A stretch of DNA of 64,000 nt from positions 13,566-77,565 of IMG/VR virus record IMGVR_UViG_3300009506_000016. One strand, given 5' to 3'. A model generated the notes under the pieces. That model worked only from the letters and a program-made list of their open reading frames with translations. It had not been told where the DNA came from and made no database searches. This document shows positions 1 through 10,362 of this stretch, in pieces. How positions within the stretch are numbered: the stretch's first letter is position 1; the number at the start of each line of letters is the position of its first letter. The stretch is from a virus. The position numbers and the translations under genes are program-made.

Positions 1-2
1 AT

Positions 3-2252
3 TTGGCAGAACCCGGAAATTATGATGATCTAATAGCCGGAATGCGCTATATTATTAAATATAGAAAAGTTTTATCATATAACGCGAGTATCTCGGCAAG
101 AGAGTGGACTTGGGAAAATGCTCTAAATAAACTCAGAGTTGCTCTTGATGATGCTTACTCAAAGAAACATGAACCCGCAACAGTGAGTGTTATTGTTCCA
201 GCTTATAATTATGGTGATAAGATTGGCCGCTGTCTTGATAGCATTGATGAGCAATCTTTTCGCCCCTCCGAAGTCATTGTGGTAGATGATGGGTCAGAAA
301 AAGATCAAGCTAAAACTACCAAAAAGGTTTCAAAAGATCACGGCGCTTATTATTATTTCAAAAATAACGGTGGTGTAGCAACTGCTCGTAACTATGGTGG
401 AATCGTATCACAATCAAAATATCTATGTTTTATAGATGCTGATGACGAGATGGATTCTGAATTCTTGAATGTGTGCGTGCAAGCACTTGAAAACGACAAG
501 TCTCTATACGTGGCATATACTGGACTGAAAGCTATTCATCCAGATGGACGAGAGCAAGTATCTCAATGGCCCGGCGAATGGAATTTTGATGCTCAACTAA
601 AACGAAAAAATCAAATTCCTACTTGTTGCGTAATGCGCAGAGAAGCCTTTGAAAGAACAGGCGGATATCGTCAGCGCTATGCACCTCATGGCGCTGGATC
701 TGAGGACGCTGATCTTTGGACTCGCATTGGTGCATTAGGAATGAAGGCAAAACAAGTAACCACTGATCCATTATTCCGTTATCATGTTGGGGAGGGACAC
801 ACCAGCCAGTCAGGATACAGAGAAGTTGATTGGCTAGGATGGAACGGGTATTTAAAGTCTGGACTTCATCCATTTGCCAGCTATGCCACTCCGAATAATA
901 AATTTGCGCATCTTGTATTTCAATATGATGAACCGATGGTAAGTGTTATTATTCCAGTTGGTCCAGGACACGAGAATGTTATTGTAAATGCGCTTGATAG
1001 CATTGAGGGTCAGACTTATAAAAAGTGGGAAGTGATTGTTGTATCTGACACGGTTAACAATATTGATCTTTCTCCTTGGCCTTTTGCCCGTATATTTCAT
1101 ACTGATAAACCCAAAAGTGGTCCGGGTGTGGCGCGTAACATAGGCGTAAAGAATGCACGCGGAAAGTTTGTTGTGTTCCTGGATGCTGATGATTGGCTTG
1201 CGATTGATGCTCTTGAAAAGATGCTCGTTCACTACACGCTTAATAGCGGAATTGTTTACAGTAATTACTTTGGAATATCATCGGCAGAACCTGATGATCT
1301 TAAGAAATATAAGACAAAGATCGTGGCCTACGATGAAAAAAAGAAAATGGCGCTTGCAAAACATGAAGCAAGCGAGTATGATTGTAAACGAGCGCAGATG
1401 CAACCAAGAGATCCGTTGTATCATTGGTGTCTTGTTACTTGTCTTATCCCTAAAGTTTGGCATGATGAAATCGGCGGGTTCGATGAAAACATGTCAAGTT
1501 GGGAAGATGTAGATTACCACTGGCGTATGGCGCGTATGGGCAAATGCTACTCGCGTATTGAAGATACGTTAGTGTATTATAATTTCAATACCGGATATCG
1601 TAGAAATCTAGCGAGTCCAGAACAAAATCTTGATCACGCCAAGTCGCTAATCGCGTACATGGCAGACAAATATAAGAAAGGTGATGAACCTATGGCATGT
1701 CGAACTTGCGGGAAAACGAATCCCGCCTCTGGTGTTGCTCCATCTTCTGTTACCGCAATGAGCGCTATGGCGGCAAAGAATGAGGATAATTCTTATGTGA
1801 TGATTGTTTATAATCATCCTAATCGTGGAACCCATCGAGTTATTGGTCCTTCTACTGGTACGGATTATGGCTATCGCGCCGGTGGTGAACACTTCCTTGT
1901 TCATGTGAATGATGTACAACTTATGCCAGCATTATTTGTAAAACAGGCAATCAAAGTTGTTAACGCATCCATTCCAGTTGAGCAAGAAGCGCCAAAGAAA
2001 CTTGAGGCTCCAAAAATGATCGATGGAACTCCTGTGATATCAAAAGATAAGCCGTTTGACGTGGGTGTTATTGCGGGTATCACTCCTGCGATTGCGAAGA
2101 AACTCATTGATGCTGGCGTTGACTCTCGTGATAAGTTTTTATCACTTACTAATGATTACTTGGTAGATATTGATGGCATTTCTAATACGCGTGCAAAAAT
2201 TATCATGGGTGTGATCGATAAAATGAGACAGGAAGATGCCAGTGACTCTTGA
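3..2252 (+). CDS. Multi-domain glycosyltransferase (tail of a GT4-like domain, two GT2 domains, C-terminal CxxC/HhH region); 5'-truncated by window edge
   Basis: Two GT2 N-termini (VSVIVPAYN...VVDDGS...FIDADD; VSVIIPVG...FLDADD...GGFDE...WED); first ~50 aa (EPGNYDDL...WTWEN) resemble a GT4 C-terminus; C-terminal IAGITPAIAKKL/IDGISNTRAK HhH-like motifs. Confidence 0.85.
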   Translation: MAEPGNYDDLIAGMRYIIKYRKVLSYNASISAREWTWENALNKLRVALDDAYSKKHEPATVSVIVPAYNYGDKIGRCLDSIDEQSFRPSEVIVVDDGSEKDQAKTTKKVSKDHGAYYYFKNNGGVATARNYGGIVSQSKYLCFIDADDEMDSEFLNVCVQALENDKSLYVAYTGLKAIHPDGREQVSQWPGEWNFDAQLKRKNQIPTCCVMRREAFERTGGYRQRYAPHGAGSEDADLWTRIGALGMKAKQVTTDPLFRYHVGEGHTSQSGYREVDWLGWNGYLKSGLHPFASYATPNNKFAHLVFQYDEPMVSVIIPVGPGHENVIVNALDSIEGQTYKKWEVIVVSDTVNNIDLSPWPFARIFHTDKPKSGPGVARNIGVKNARGKFVVFLDADDWLAIDALEKMLVHYTLNSGIVYSNYFGISSAEPDDLKKYKTKIVAYDEKKKMALAKHEASEYDCKRAQMQPRDPLYHWCLVTCLIPKVWHDEIGGFDENMSSWEDVDYHWRMARMGKCYSRIEDTLVYYNFNTGYRRNLASPEQNLDHAKSLIAYMADKYKKGDEPMACRTCGKTNPASGVAPSSVTAMSAMAAKNEDNSYVMIVYNHPNRGTHRVIGPSTGTDYGYRAGGEHFLVHVNDVQLMPALFVKQAIKVVNASIPVEQEAPKKLEAPKMIDGTPVISKDKPFDVGVIAGITPAIAKKLIDAGVDSRDKFLSLTNDYLVDIDGISNTRAKIIMGVIDKMRQEDASDS

Positions 2253-2571
2253 ACGCATGTTCATGTTTCTAATCCTTAGTCTTGCAACGTGGCGGTTATC
2301 CAGCTTGTTCGCTCGTGAAAAAGGACCGTTCGATGTGTTCACCTGGATACGTAAGAAAATTTATACTAGAACGGTGTATAATTTAATGAGAGCGCTATTT
2401 ATAACACTCAATGACGGTTTATCTTGTATGTGGTGTAACTCTGTCTGGTTTGGACTTTTACTAGCACCGATCATCTCGACAAACCCGCTAGAGTGGATCA
2501 TCATGGGGTTAGCGCTCTCTACTGTTGCAATTATCGTGGAGGAAAAGTTAAATGGCAATCGCATCAATTAG
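2236..2571 (+). CDS. DUF1360-family membrane protein
   Basis: LATWRLSSL..EKGPF...LSCMWCNSVW pattern with hydrophobic helices. Confidence 0.75.
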   Translation: MPVTLERMFMFLILSLATWRLSSLFAREKGPFDVFTWIRKKIYTRTVYNLMRALFITLNDGLSCMWCNSVWFGLLLAPIISTNPLEWIIMGLALSTVAIIVEEKLNGNRIN

Positions 2572-3802
2572 GACGTTTCTGAGCCTGGATAGATACGCTC
2601 AAATACTCGGTATTAACCCTGTATTCTTTGCTGGCAGTAGTGATATTGAGTTAAGCGATGGCCGCGTTCTATTTCCTCTCAGTAATGCACAAAATGATTT
2701 ATGGCCTCAATATTCGTGGCAAAATTTTGATCAGGTGAGTCGTGAAGAACTTGCTCGACAAATTCATATTGCTGAACTCGCAATTATAGATTACCTGGGA
2801 TTCAATCCGTATCCTAATTGGGTCGAGAATGAAAGACACGACCTGGGCTGGCACTATCGTTCTGAACTTCAATACCGGCCTATGCGTTATGACGCGGCTG
2901 GAAATGAGGGGCAAATAACAACCGGCCTATCTCAATTCATATCTGGTGGTAGACGTGCTGTTTCTCTTATAGAAAGTCCATTAGTTGTTTACTCAGATCC
3001 TGATGCCGATGGATGGGATGAGCTTGCAACCATCACAGTCAATATTGCCGCTGGTACTGATCCACTTGAGGTTAAACTATATTTCTATGGAAACGATGGT
3101 GACCAAATATTTGAAATTAGAGAGCCGCGTACAAAAGTGGCGACTGCCGCTACGGTTACATTCACATACAATACTTGGCAATTGGTTGATCCAGAAATTT
3201 ATGAAAGGTTGCCTAGTAGTGACACTGAGCTTATTGGCGTTGATCTTAACGATCCGTCCGTGTTGGTAGCACAGGTTGACGCATATCGTGAATACAATGA
3301 TACAACCGAAAATCATGTTGTGTTCTACTCCAATAACCGGACCGATGGATCTATATCAGAGCAAGGTGGTTTTATCTACCGCATTCAGGATGACAACTTT
3401 ATCACTCCTGTTCAAGCTGATTACGATGCTACTTCCGGGGCATGGGTACGTTCAACAACTCAATGCGTATATCCAGATTACATGAATCTGTGGTATTATT
3501 CTGGTATGAAAGATTTTCGCCGACAAATCAAGACTACTGAGGACTATATGCCTCAAGACATTGCGGTAGCAATCGCGTACATGGCTACTGCACGATTAGA
3601 GCGAGCGTTCTATTCTAATAACAATGCAACTGCTCTGGCCGCTGATTTACGCGAAGATCATTTACAAACTGACCGAACTCAATATAAAGCCGCTCCACCG
3701 GATGCGTTCACAAATCCATTCGGCTCAAGAGTTGGTGAGTTGAGAGCATGGCGCTTAGTACAAAGGTTTCACACGGCTACGCGAAGTGGGGGATCTTTAT
3801 GA
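2552..3802 (+). CDS. Putative virion neck/head-tail joining protein
   Basis: 416 aa ORF in the structural operon upstream of the tail tube; AIAYMATA helix near C-terminus; assignment mostly positional. Confidence 0.45.
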   Translation: MAIASIRTFLSLDRYAQILGINPVFFAGSSDIELSDGRVLFPLSNAQNDLWPQYSWQNFDQVSREELARQIHIAELAIIDYLGFNPYPNWVENERHDLGWHYRSELQYRPMRYDAAGNEGQITTGLSQFISGGRRAVSLIESPLVVYSDPDADGWDELATITVNIAAGTDPLEVKLYFYGNDGDQIFEIREPRTKVATAATVTFTYNTWQLVDPEIYERLPSSDTELIGVDLNDPSVLVAQVDAYREYNDTTENHVVFYSNNRTDGSISEQGGFIYRIQDDNFITPVQADYDATSGAWVRSTTQCVYPDYMNLWYYSGMKDFRRQIKTTEDYMPQDIAVAIAYMATARLERAFYSNNNATALAADLREDHLQTDRTQYKAAPPDAFTNPFGSRVGELRAWRLVQRFHTATRSGGSL

Positions 3803-4095
3803 AGCGTGTTTTTAAGCAAGATGACAACGGGGTGATGCGTTGTTTTCTGTTGCGCGATATAGATGATGAATCAAATCCCGAGATTGGTATTCCTCTCAAT
3901 CCGCCGCCCATCGAGAGGGTTGTGTGTGAATACGCAAAGGAAATGGAAAATCAACTTGTGCGCATGGGCGTTTTGACCTATCGTGATCTTATGGCTAATC
4001 CACAAGCGGTGTCGAAAGTGGTGAACGCCTTGAGGTTGAGGTTGATACAAGAATATAAATTAGAGGAGTCTCGTAAAGATGGCAAGTTACAATAA
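3799..4095 (+). CDS. Hypothetical protein (structural module)
   Basis: ATGA overlap with upstream stop suggests start at 3799. Confidence 0.6.
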   Translation: MKRVFKQDDNGVMRCFLLRDIDDESNPEIGIPLNPPPIERVVCEYAKEMENQLVRMGVLTYRDLMANPQAVSKVVNALRLRLIQEYKLEESRKDGKLQ

Positions 4096-5587
4096 GCCTC
4101 TCAAAACTGGTTTTTCCCGCGTGTTTCTAATTGCTGGACGCGCACGCGGCGATCATGCGCCAGAGTACTTCTCGCAGTTAAAGATGGGTGGGATTTCTCA
4201 AAACTTCGGTGACATCACTCGTGTTGAGATTCCTGACCCTGATGAGTATGGCAAGTTTTTGGAAGTTGACCGCATTCGCGGTACTGAGGAACGGGCCGCA
4301 TTCACGCTTATGGGACGCTACGCGGCGGCTGTCAAAAGTCGTTTGCTTGAGCTTGCTCGTAACAAATGCCCGGTGGATATTCAATTACACATGGGCGAAT
4401 GCACAGACCCTTCCGCTTTCAACATCTTCACCAAAGCAATTATCGCAGAGGACGCAATCCTAACTTCTCATTCGACTGAGGATTTGGGCGCGTTGGAATC
4501 TGGCGAGAACGCACAAGTAAACGAAACGGCTGATATTCAGTCTCGTGATTACTATGAAGTGTTGCCTCTTACGTTCACTCAACGGGCGGCTGATATTATC
4601 ACCAATCACATTAACAATGTTGTTGTGATTGATACCGCCTCATGTGGTGGATCTTGCGCAGACGAGTCCAATGGCTGTCAGAAGTTTTTCGCTGTAAGTG
4701 ATGCGGCTGGTGGTAGTCCAGGCACTCCGCCTGATGTTGTTTTCTCTCTTGATGGTGGAAGCAATATGTACGCTCACGATGTTGATTCTTTGTCATCGAC
4801 TGATGACGCGCTGGCTGTGGCTGGCGTTGGAGATTACATCGTGGTTGTTTCGAATTCGGATGGTTCTCTCAGCTACGCTGAAATTCAAGATTTCATCGAT
4901 CTGGTTGATCCCACGTTTACCGCTGTTACTACGGGTATCGTGGCCGGTGGAGAACCGAATCACATCTTTAGTCTTGGGCGCAAGGCTTATGTGGTTGGTG
5001 ATGGTGGGTACGTGTACTTTACCGATGATCCTACTGCTGGCGTTGACGTTCTTGATGCTGGCGTTGCTACCGCTGATGACCTGAACTTTGTTCATGCCTA
5101 TGATGAGTACAATGCTGTTGCCGTTGGTGATAATGGCGCGGTTATTCATACGACTGATAAGACCAGTTGGGATACCGCTCTAACATTCCCGGTTGGCGTT
5201 GGCATTGATCTTACTGGCGTGTTTATGAAGTCAGAAACCGAGTGGTGGGTGACTGCAAGCAATGGCACGATGTACTACACGCTCAATTCCGGTAAAACCT
5301 GGACCGCTAAAACTCTCCCAGGCACTACGCCTTCGAAGATGGATGCAATTGCATTCTCAAGCGATTCCGTTGGTTATGCCGCTGGCGTTGTGAGTTCTCA
5401 TGGCCGCATTTACCGCACGTTCGATGGTGGATATTCTTGGGTGGTAACACCAGAGGGTACTTCATCCATTCCTACGGGCGATGAGTTCCTATCAATCGCA
5501 GTTTGCGAAAATGACGTGAACCTTGTTATTGGTGCTGGTATTGCCGATGACGCTACAGATGGTATCTTGGTAGTCGGTAAAATCTAA
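4079..5587 (+). CDS. Putative major tail tube protein with C-terminal Asp-box/BNR beta-propeller
   Basis: Precedes chaperone and tape measure; Asp-box repeats SLDGG, TTDKTSW, TLNSGKTW, TFDGGYSW. Confidence 0.65.
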   Translation: MASYNKPLKTGFSRVFLIAGRARGDHAPEYFSQLKMGGISQNFGDITRVEIPDPDEYGKFLEVDRIRGTEERAAFTLMGRYAAAVKSRLLELARNKCPVDIQLHMGECTDPSAFNIFTKAIIAEDAILTSHSTEDLGALESGENAQVNETADIQSRDYYEVLPLTFTQRAADIITNHINNVVVIDTASCGGSCADESNGCQKFFAVSDAAGGSPGTPPDVVFSLDGGSNMYAHDVDSLSSTDDALAVAGVGDYIVVVSNSDGSLSYAEIQDFIDLVDPTFTAVTTGIVAGGEPNHIFSLGRKAYVVGDGGYVYFTDDPTAGVDVLDAGVATADDLNFVHAYDEYNAVAVGDNGAVIHTTDKTSWDTALTFPVGVGIDLTGVFMKSETEWWVTASNGTMYYTLNSGKTWTAKTLPGTTPSKMDAIAFSSDSVGYAAGVVSSHGRIYRTFDGGYSWVVTPEGTSSIPTGDEFLSIAVCENDVNLVIGAGIADDATDGILVVGKI

Positions 5588-5624
5588 GCATAAACACAAT
5601 CCCTTCGTACTGGAGGATCTATAA

Positions 5625-6161
5625 ATGACTAACACTTCTCAAGTTGTCTCAAAGGCCGCTCGTTCATTGAAAAATGAAAATGAGCAGAGCGGCCTTATTA
5701 CGCTTTCTACCGGCGTTATTCTTACTCCTACTATTGTTCCCAACATGCTTTATCTGGAAATCATGGGCCGCTTCAAAGCACCAAAGATTCCACGCTTTTT
5801 CAATGAGGATCTTGGGCGCGAAGAAGAAAACCCGAACCATCCTGACTACATTGCCGAAATGCAAGAATATACTCAGGAAATGTCAAAGGCAATGATTGAT
5901 CTTATGATCCTATTTGGAACGGAGATTAACAAATGTCCAAAGGGGGTTGATCCTTTAGAAAGTAGTAAGTGGGTTAATAAACTAAAACTTACTCATTTTG
6001 AATTTGATCCTGATGATGAGTATGATCGTTATCTCAATTGGATTAAGGCTGTAGCCGCTCCAAGTGATGAGGATATCGAAGCTATATCGGTTGGAGTAGG
6101 GCGGCTATCTGGCGTTGTCGAAGATGACGTGCAAGATGCCGTTAACCAGTTTCGGGATTGA
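5625..6161 (+). CDS. Tail assembly chaperone (G-like)
   Basis: Between tail tube and tape measure; GGAGG RBS; ends TTT CGG GAT TGA. Confidence 0.65.
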   Translation: MTNTSQVVSKAARSLKNENEQSGLITLSTGVILTPTIVPNMLYLEIMGRFKAPKIPRFFNEDLGREEENPNHPDYIAEMQEYTQEMSKAMIDLMILFGTEINKCPKGVDPLESSKWVNKLKLTHFEFDPDDEYDRYLNWIKAVAAPSDEDIEAISVGVGRLSGVVEDDVQDAVNQFRD

Positions 6162-6423
6162 CCTTAACGACACACCAATCTTAGACCTGCCTGTGTCTCA
6201 CAGCGACATGCTCGGTATCAGTATTTCTCAACAACCTGTTCCGGGTATGGTGTCGTTTTATGAAGAACATATGTCACGAAGCGATGCTGGCTATACGATA
6301 CAAGAGTGGTATAATCTTAATGGACGCGAACGAGCATCAGAAGTTGCTCTTGCACGAATAAAGAATGCAATTGAATATCACAAGATGAAAGAGCAAGAAC
6401 GAGCGTCAAAGCGCAAGCAATAA
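6151..6423 (+). CDS. Tail assembly chaperone extension (T-like), probably reached by frameshift
   Basis: Open +1 frame overlapping the chaperone end and running to the tape measure. Confidence 0.55.
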   Translation, partial: FGIDLNDTPILDLPVSHSDMLGISISQQPVPGMVSFYEEHMSRSDAGYTIQEWYNLNGRERASEVALARIKNAIEYHKMKEQERASKRKQ

Positions 6424-6434
6424 ACGGAGACAAA

Positions 6435-9400
6435 ATGGCGATTAGACAACTCGGAATACAAATGGTAGTACGCGGTGCAGAACGTTTTGCACGCGATATT
6501 TCGCATGTCGCTCTTTCGATGTACAACTATAGCAAGGCAGTAAACAGCGCAGAAAAGAGTATGATCCGTCTTGCAAGTAGTACGGCCAAACGTGCCGAGA
6601 CTCAGATGAAATCTCAGGAACGAGTTGTTGCTCGTACAACTGATGCTTACTGGAAACAAGCGGCGGCTGTATCAAATCTTATAACAAAGATTAACCAAAT
6701 GCAATCCGCAATTGCTTTAAAGCCAATTGCTACAGATGCAATAACAAGACTATCAGTACATATTGCGAAACTTAAAGTTGGCATTGCTGATGTTCGTAAG
6801 GCAATGGGACAAACAGACAATCAAACACTGTTAGATGCTTATCAAAAGAAATTTGATAATCTACAATTTAGACTTTCTAGATCAGTATTAGCACTCAATG
6901 AATGGAAACAAAAGTTACGTGATGCCCAAAAAGCAGAAAAAGACATCGGTGATGCTACTGATAAACTTGACGATTCTTATACTAATCTTGAAAACGTATT
7001 TGGTAAGTTAGGACAAGAGACAGAAACGCTAACGCAATATACAGACCAAAACGCCCAGGCTCAACAATCATTACAAGACATACTCGGGCAATCTGGTGGT
7101 GTACTTTCAACAATATCGAAGTATTTCTCTGTACTTACTGGAAAGTTCGGAGAGAACATTGTTGGCGCAACAAAGCTGGATACCGTATTGCTAAAACTTG
7201 GATTACAAGGAGCGGCTCTTGGAGTTGCGTTGAATGGTGTTGTTCTTGTTCTTGATGCAATCGCAATTGTAGTAAAACTTGTTGTTGGTGCGGTAGGACT
7301 TATCATAAATGCCTTTGGAAAACTCTTGTCCATTGCAGTGAATGTTGGTAAGGCAATTGGCAATTACATTCTAAAAGGACTTAAGGCAATCGCCGCATTA
7401 CCATTCAAGATAGTGGCTGGTGGATTGAATAGTATTTGGCAATCTCTAAAACGGATTGGTGAGATTGCAATTGGCATGAATATTTCCAACCTTATCTGGC
7501 ATATTGGCGCTCAGATAAAAGATGTTGGCGCTATGGCGGTTGAGGCCGCTGGTGACTTCCAGCTAATGCAGATTCGGTTGCGTGGTCTTGTGCAACGCGA
7601 ATTGGCGGAATCGGATGCGAGTTTAGACTTTGCTGACTCTCTTGCTGTGGCAACACAACGAGCACAAGAACTATCTTATTGGGTTAGCAATCTAGCAGTG
7701 AAGTCAATTTTCAGCGCGGAGGATATCAACAACACGCTTACGCTGGCAATGGCTTATGACTTTACAAGTCAGGAAGCTCAGGATCTAACAGAATCAATTA
7801 TCAATTTCTCAACAGGTATGGGTCTTACTGACGAGCAAATGCGTAGGATCATTGAGAACTTTGGTCAGATGAAGGCCGCTGGAAAAGCCGCTGGTACTGA
7901 ATTGCGTGACTTAGCTCGTGGTTCGTTTGTTCCGGTGAATAAAGTATTTGAACTGATGAATGAGCGTTTGCAATTGGTTGATGCAAGCACAAATAATATT
8001 GGCGAGATTAGAACAAAAATTCAAACCATGATATCTGAGGGATCGATTGATATCAATGAATTCTTCAAGTCATTTATTGAATTATCCGGTACTGCTTTTC
8101 CAAATGCAATTGAGCGCTCTCAAACAGCCTGGAACGTTGTAAAGTCAAACATTCAAGACTTCATTCAGTCAATTATCGGTTGGCGTGTTATCACACCAAC
8201 GCTTGATCTTGTATCAGAAAGATTGACATCATTCATTGCATCTATGATGACACCAGAGGCTCGGTCACTTGCAGAAAACCTTGGGTCAGCCTTTGCGTTT
8301 GTTGCGAAAGGGATCTTCCGGGTATCTGATGCTTTATCGCCTACATTCCTTAAGCACTTTGATAAGTACATTGGCTATGCTAACAGTATGCTAAAATCGC
8401 TTAAGAGTTTCGCAACAGGCGGAAAATCATACAACGAAACGTTTGTAAGTTTGATTGGAAGCTTTGATAATATGGGATTGCGCGGGAAGAACATTCAAGC
8501 GATTTCAAAACATATTATCAATCTTACTCAAGCGTTTTCGAATCTTGTAAGTGGAAAAGGCGATATCAAAGAAACGCTTACAACAATAAAAGATGAAGTT
8601 AGTGGACTGTTCACCCTTTTATGGAACGAGTTGATTGTCCCTCAAATGAAGAAGATATGGGAAGAAAAACTACTTCCAAAACTAAAGGAGTTGTGGGGAT
8701 TCATAACCGGATTTGTAACCGATCTTTGGGAAAATAAAATCCCGGCATGGTGGGAAGAAACCGGAAAGCCAGCATTGCTTGGACTGATCGCAAAGCTCGT
8801 TGAGTGGGTAACTGAATCCGATGATGCTAAAGAGATTGGAAAGAAAATAACCAATGGGATTGTAGCCGGTATTCAAGCCGCAAAGGATAGCGGATTTCTC
8901 GCGGCTGTATCAGAAATACTTCAAACAGTTTTGATATCCGCCGCTACCGCTGGCGTCCAGGCACTTATTGGAATACTATCTGGTGGTGGTGGTCCAGACC
9001 AACAAGCAATATCAGAAGGATCTAATCGACACGCTGGTACTGACAATGGCGAAGAAGGAATCAGCGGAATAGCCGGTGCGATTGATAATCTCAAAACGAA
9101 GGCTCAGGATGCTTTAGATAGTAGTCTATCTGAGTTCTTTGATCTATTTGAACAAAAGTATCCAGCGCTATTTCAGGCCGGTGATGCGCTTGCTGTTATA
9201 GCAACGGCGATCTGGAAAATAACATCCTTGGAGTTAGAGAACCTAAAAACGATTGTAGAATCAATGGTAAGGATATCAGATGCTCTTGGCGGTCCAATGT
9301 CTGATGGGGCTACCAACCTTGATAGTGTGTCTCAGTCTATGGAAAATATCGTAAAGCATGTTAGTCCTATATCTCGTATTGCATTCAGCATGGAGAAATT

Positions 9401-10358
9401 AGCAGACGCATTAGAGCGAATGAATCCTACTGCTCTTGATTTCTTGAAAAACATTCCAGAGTTCATTACAAACCCTGGCGCTCTTGCTAGTTGGGCGATG
9501 GATGCTGGAGCCAATCTTCTCCCCGGCATAACCGGGACGCCAGGAGAAGCAGTAACAATTGATGTCAAGCCAAACGTTATTGCTCCCGATCCTGACATGA
9601 CCGGACTTCAAGCGCTATTTGAGAACATAAAAGGAAGCATTACTGGCCTGTTCACTCCAATGACAGAAAGTGCTACAACGGAAACAGGACTCACGGAATT
9701 ACAGTTTCAAACATTAAGTGATAGGCTTGTTGGTCAATCAATCATCCCGGATATGATGACTGCTATCTATGAAGTTATGACATCCAAGTTTACAGAGTTG
9801 TACGGATGGGTTGATACAAGTTTTGTCCAGCCTTTTGTGGGATTATTTACCAGTATTGACTTTACTGCTACGGGCCAGAGAATAGTAGAAACTCTACGTG
9901 CTGGACTTGAAGCCGGTGTTCCCGATTTGCTTGCATGGTGGGCTACCATCAAAGCACAATTCCAAATAACCGCTAGTGTAAGTTTCTCTTATGCTGGAAA
10001 AACAATTCCTTCCGGTGGTAGTGCATTTGATCTTGGCGCTGGAAAAACTGGAGATACAGGTGATGTTGTAGCGGCAAAAGGAGCGAACTTTGTTGTTCCA
10101 CCAGGATATCCAAATGACACTTTTAGAATGCGTGTTTCATCTGGTGAGCAGGTCATTGTTATTCCGAACGCAGTAAAAAGTATACAGAGTCGCTCTGGCT
10201 ATGGATCTTTATTCTCGATGCGTCAAAACGTGATGGGTGGAATGAATAATCAAAATACTTATCAAAGTAGTAAAACGTATCAATTGAACGTGAGTGCAAA
10301 CAGACAGCTAGAAAGCCTTGTGCAAGAATACGAAATTATGAGATTATTAGGAGAATAA
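6435..10358 (+). CDS. Tail tape measure protein
   Basis: 1307 aa, Ala/Gly/Ile-rich helical repeats; tape-measure domain (NFGQMKAAGK..GTELRDL); C-terminal A.GANF.VPPG.PND motif. Confidence 0.9.
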   Translation: MAIRQLGIQMVVRGAERFARDISHVALSMYNYSKAVNSAEKSMIRLASSTAKRAETQMKSQERVVARTTDAYWKQAAAVSNLITKINQMQSAIALKPIATDAITRLSVHIAKLKVGIADVRKAMGQTDNQTLLDAYQKKFDNLQFRLSRSVLALNEWKQKLRDAQKAEKDIGDATDKLDDSYTNLENVFGKLGQETETLTQYTDQNAQAQQSLQDILGQSGGVLSTISKYFSVLTGKFGENIVGATKLDTVLLKLGLQGAALGVALNGVVLVLDAIAIVVKLVVGAVGLIINAFGKLLSIAVNVGKAIGNYILKGLKAIAALPFKIVAGGLNSIWQSLKRIGEIAIGMNISNLIWHIGAQIKDVGAMAVEAAGDFQLMQIRLRGLVQRELAESDASLDFADSLAVATQRAQELSYWVSNLAVKSIFSAEDINNTLTLAMAYDFTSQEAQDLTESIINFSTGMGLTDEQMRRIIENFGQMKAAGKAAGTELRDLARGSFVPVNKVFELMNERLQLVDASTNNIGEIRTKIQTMISEGSIDINEFFKSFIELSGTAFPNAIERSQTAWNVVKSNIQDFIQSIIGWRVITPTLDLVSERLTSFIASMMTPEARSLAENLGSAFAFVAKGIFRVSDALSPTFLKHFDKYIGYANSMLKSLKSFATGGKSYNETFVSLIGSFDNMGLRGKNIQAISKHIINLTQAFSNLVSGKGDIKETLTTIKDEVSGLFTLLWNELIVPQMKKIWEEKLLPKLKELWGFITGFVTDLWENKIPAWWEETGKPALLGLIAKLVEWVTESDDAKEIGKKITNGIVAGIQAAKDSGFLAAVSEILQTVLISAATAGVQALIGILSGGGGPDQQAISEGSNRHAGTDNGEEGISGIAGAIDNLKTKAQDALDSSLSEFFDLFEQKYPALFQAGDALAVIATAIWKITSLELENLKTIVESMVRISDALGGPMSDGATNLDSVSQSMENIVKHVSPISRIAFSMEKLADALERMNPTALDFLKNIPEFITNPGALASWAMDAGANLLPGITGTPGEAVTIDVKPNVIAPDPDMTGLQALFENIKGSITGLFTPMTESATTETGLTELQFQTLSDRLVGQSIIPDMMTAIYEVMTSKFTELYGWVDTSFVQPFVGLFTSIDFTATGQRIVETLRAGLEAGVPDLLAWWATIKAQFQITASVSFSYAGKTIPSGGSAFDLGAGKTGDTGDVVAAKGANFVVPPGYPNDTFRMRVSSGEQVIVIPNAVKSIQSRSGYGSLFSMRQNVMGGMNNQNTYQSSKTYQLNVSANRQLESLVQEYEIMRLLGE

Positions 10359-10362
10359 AACA

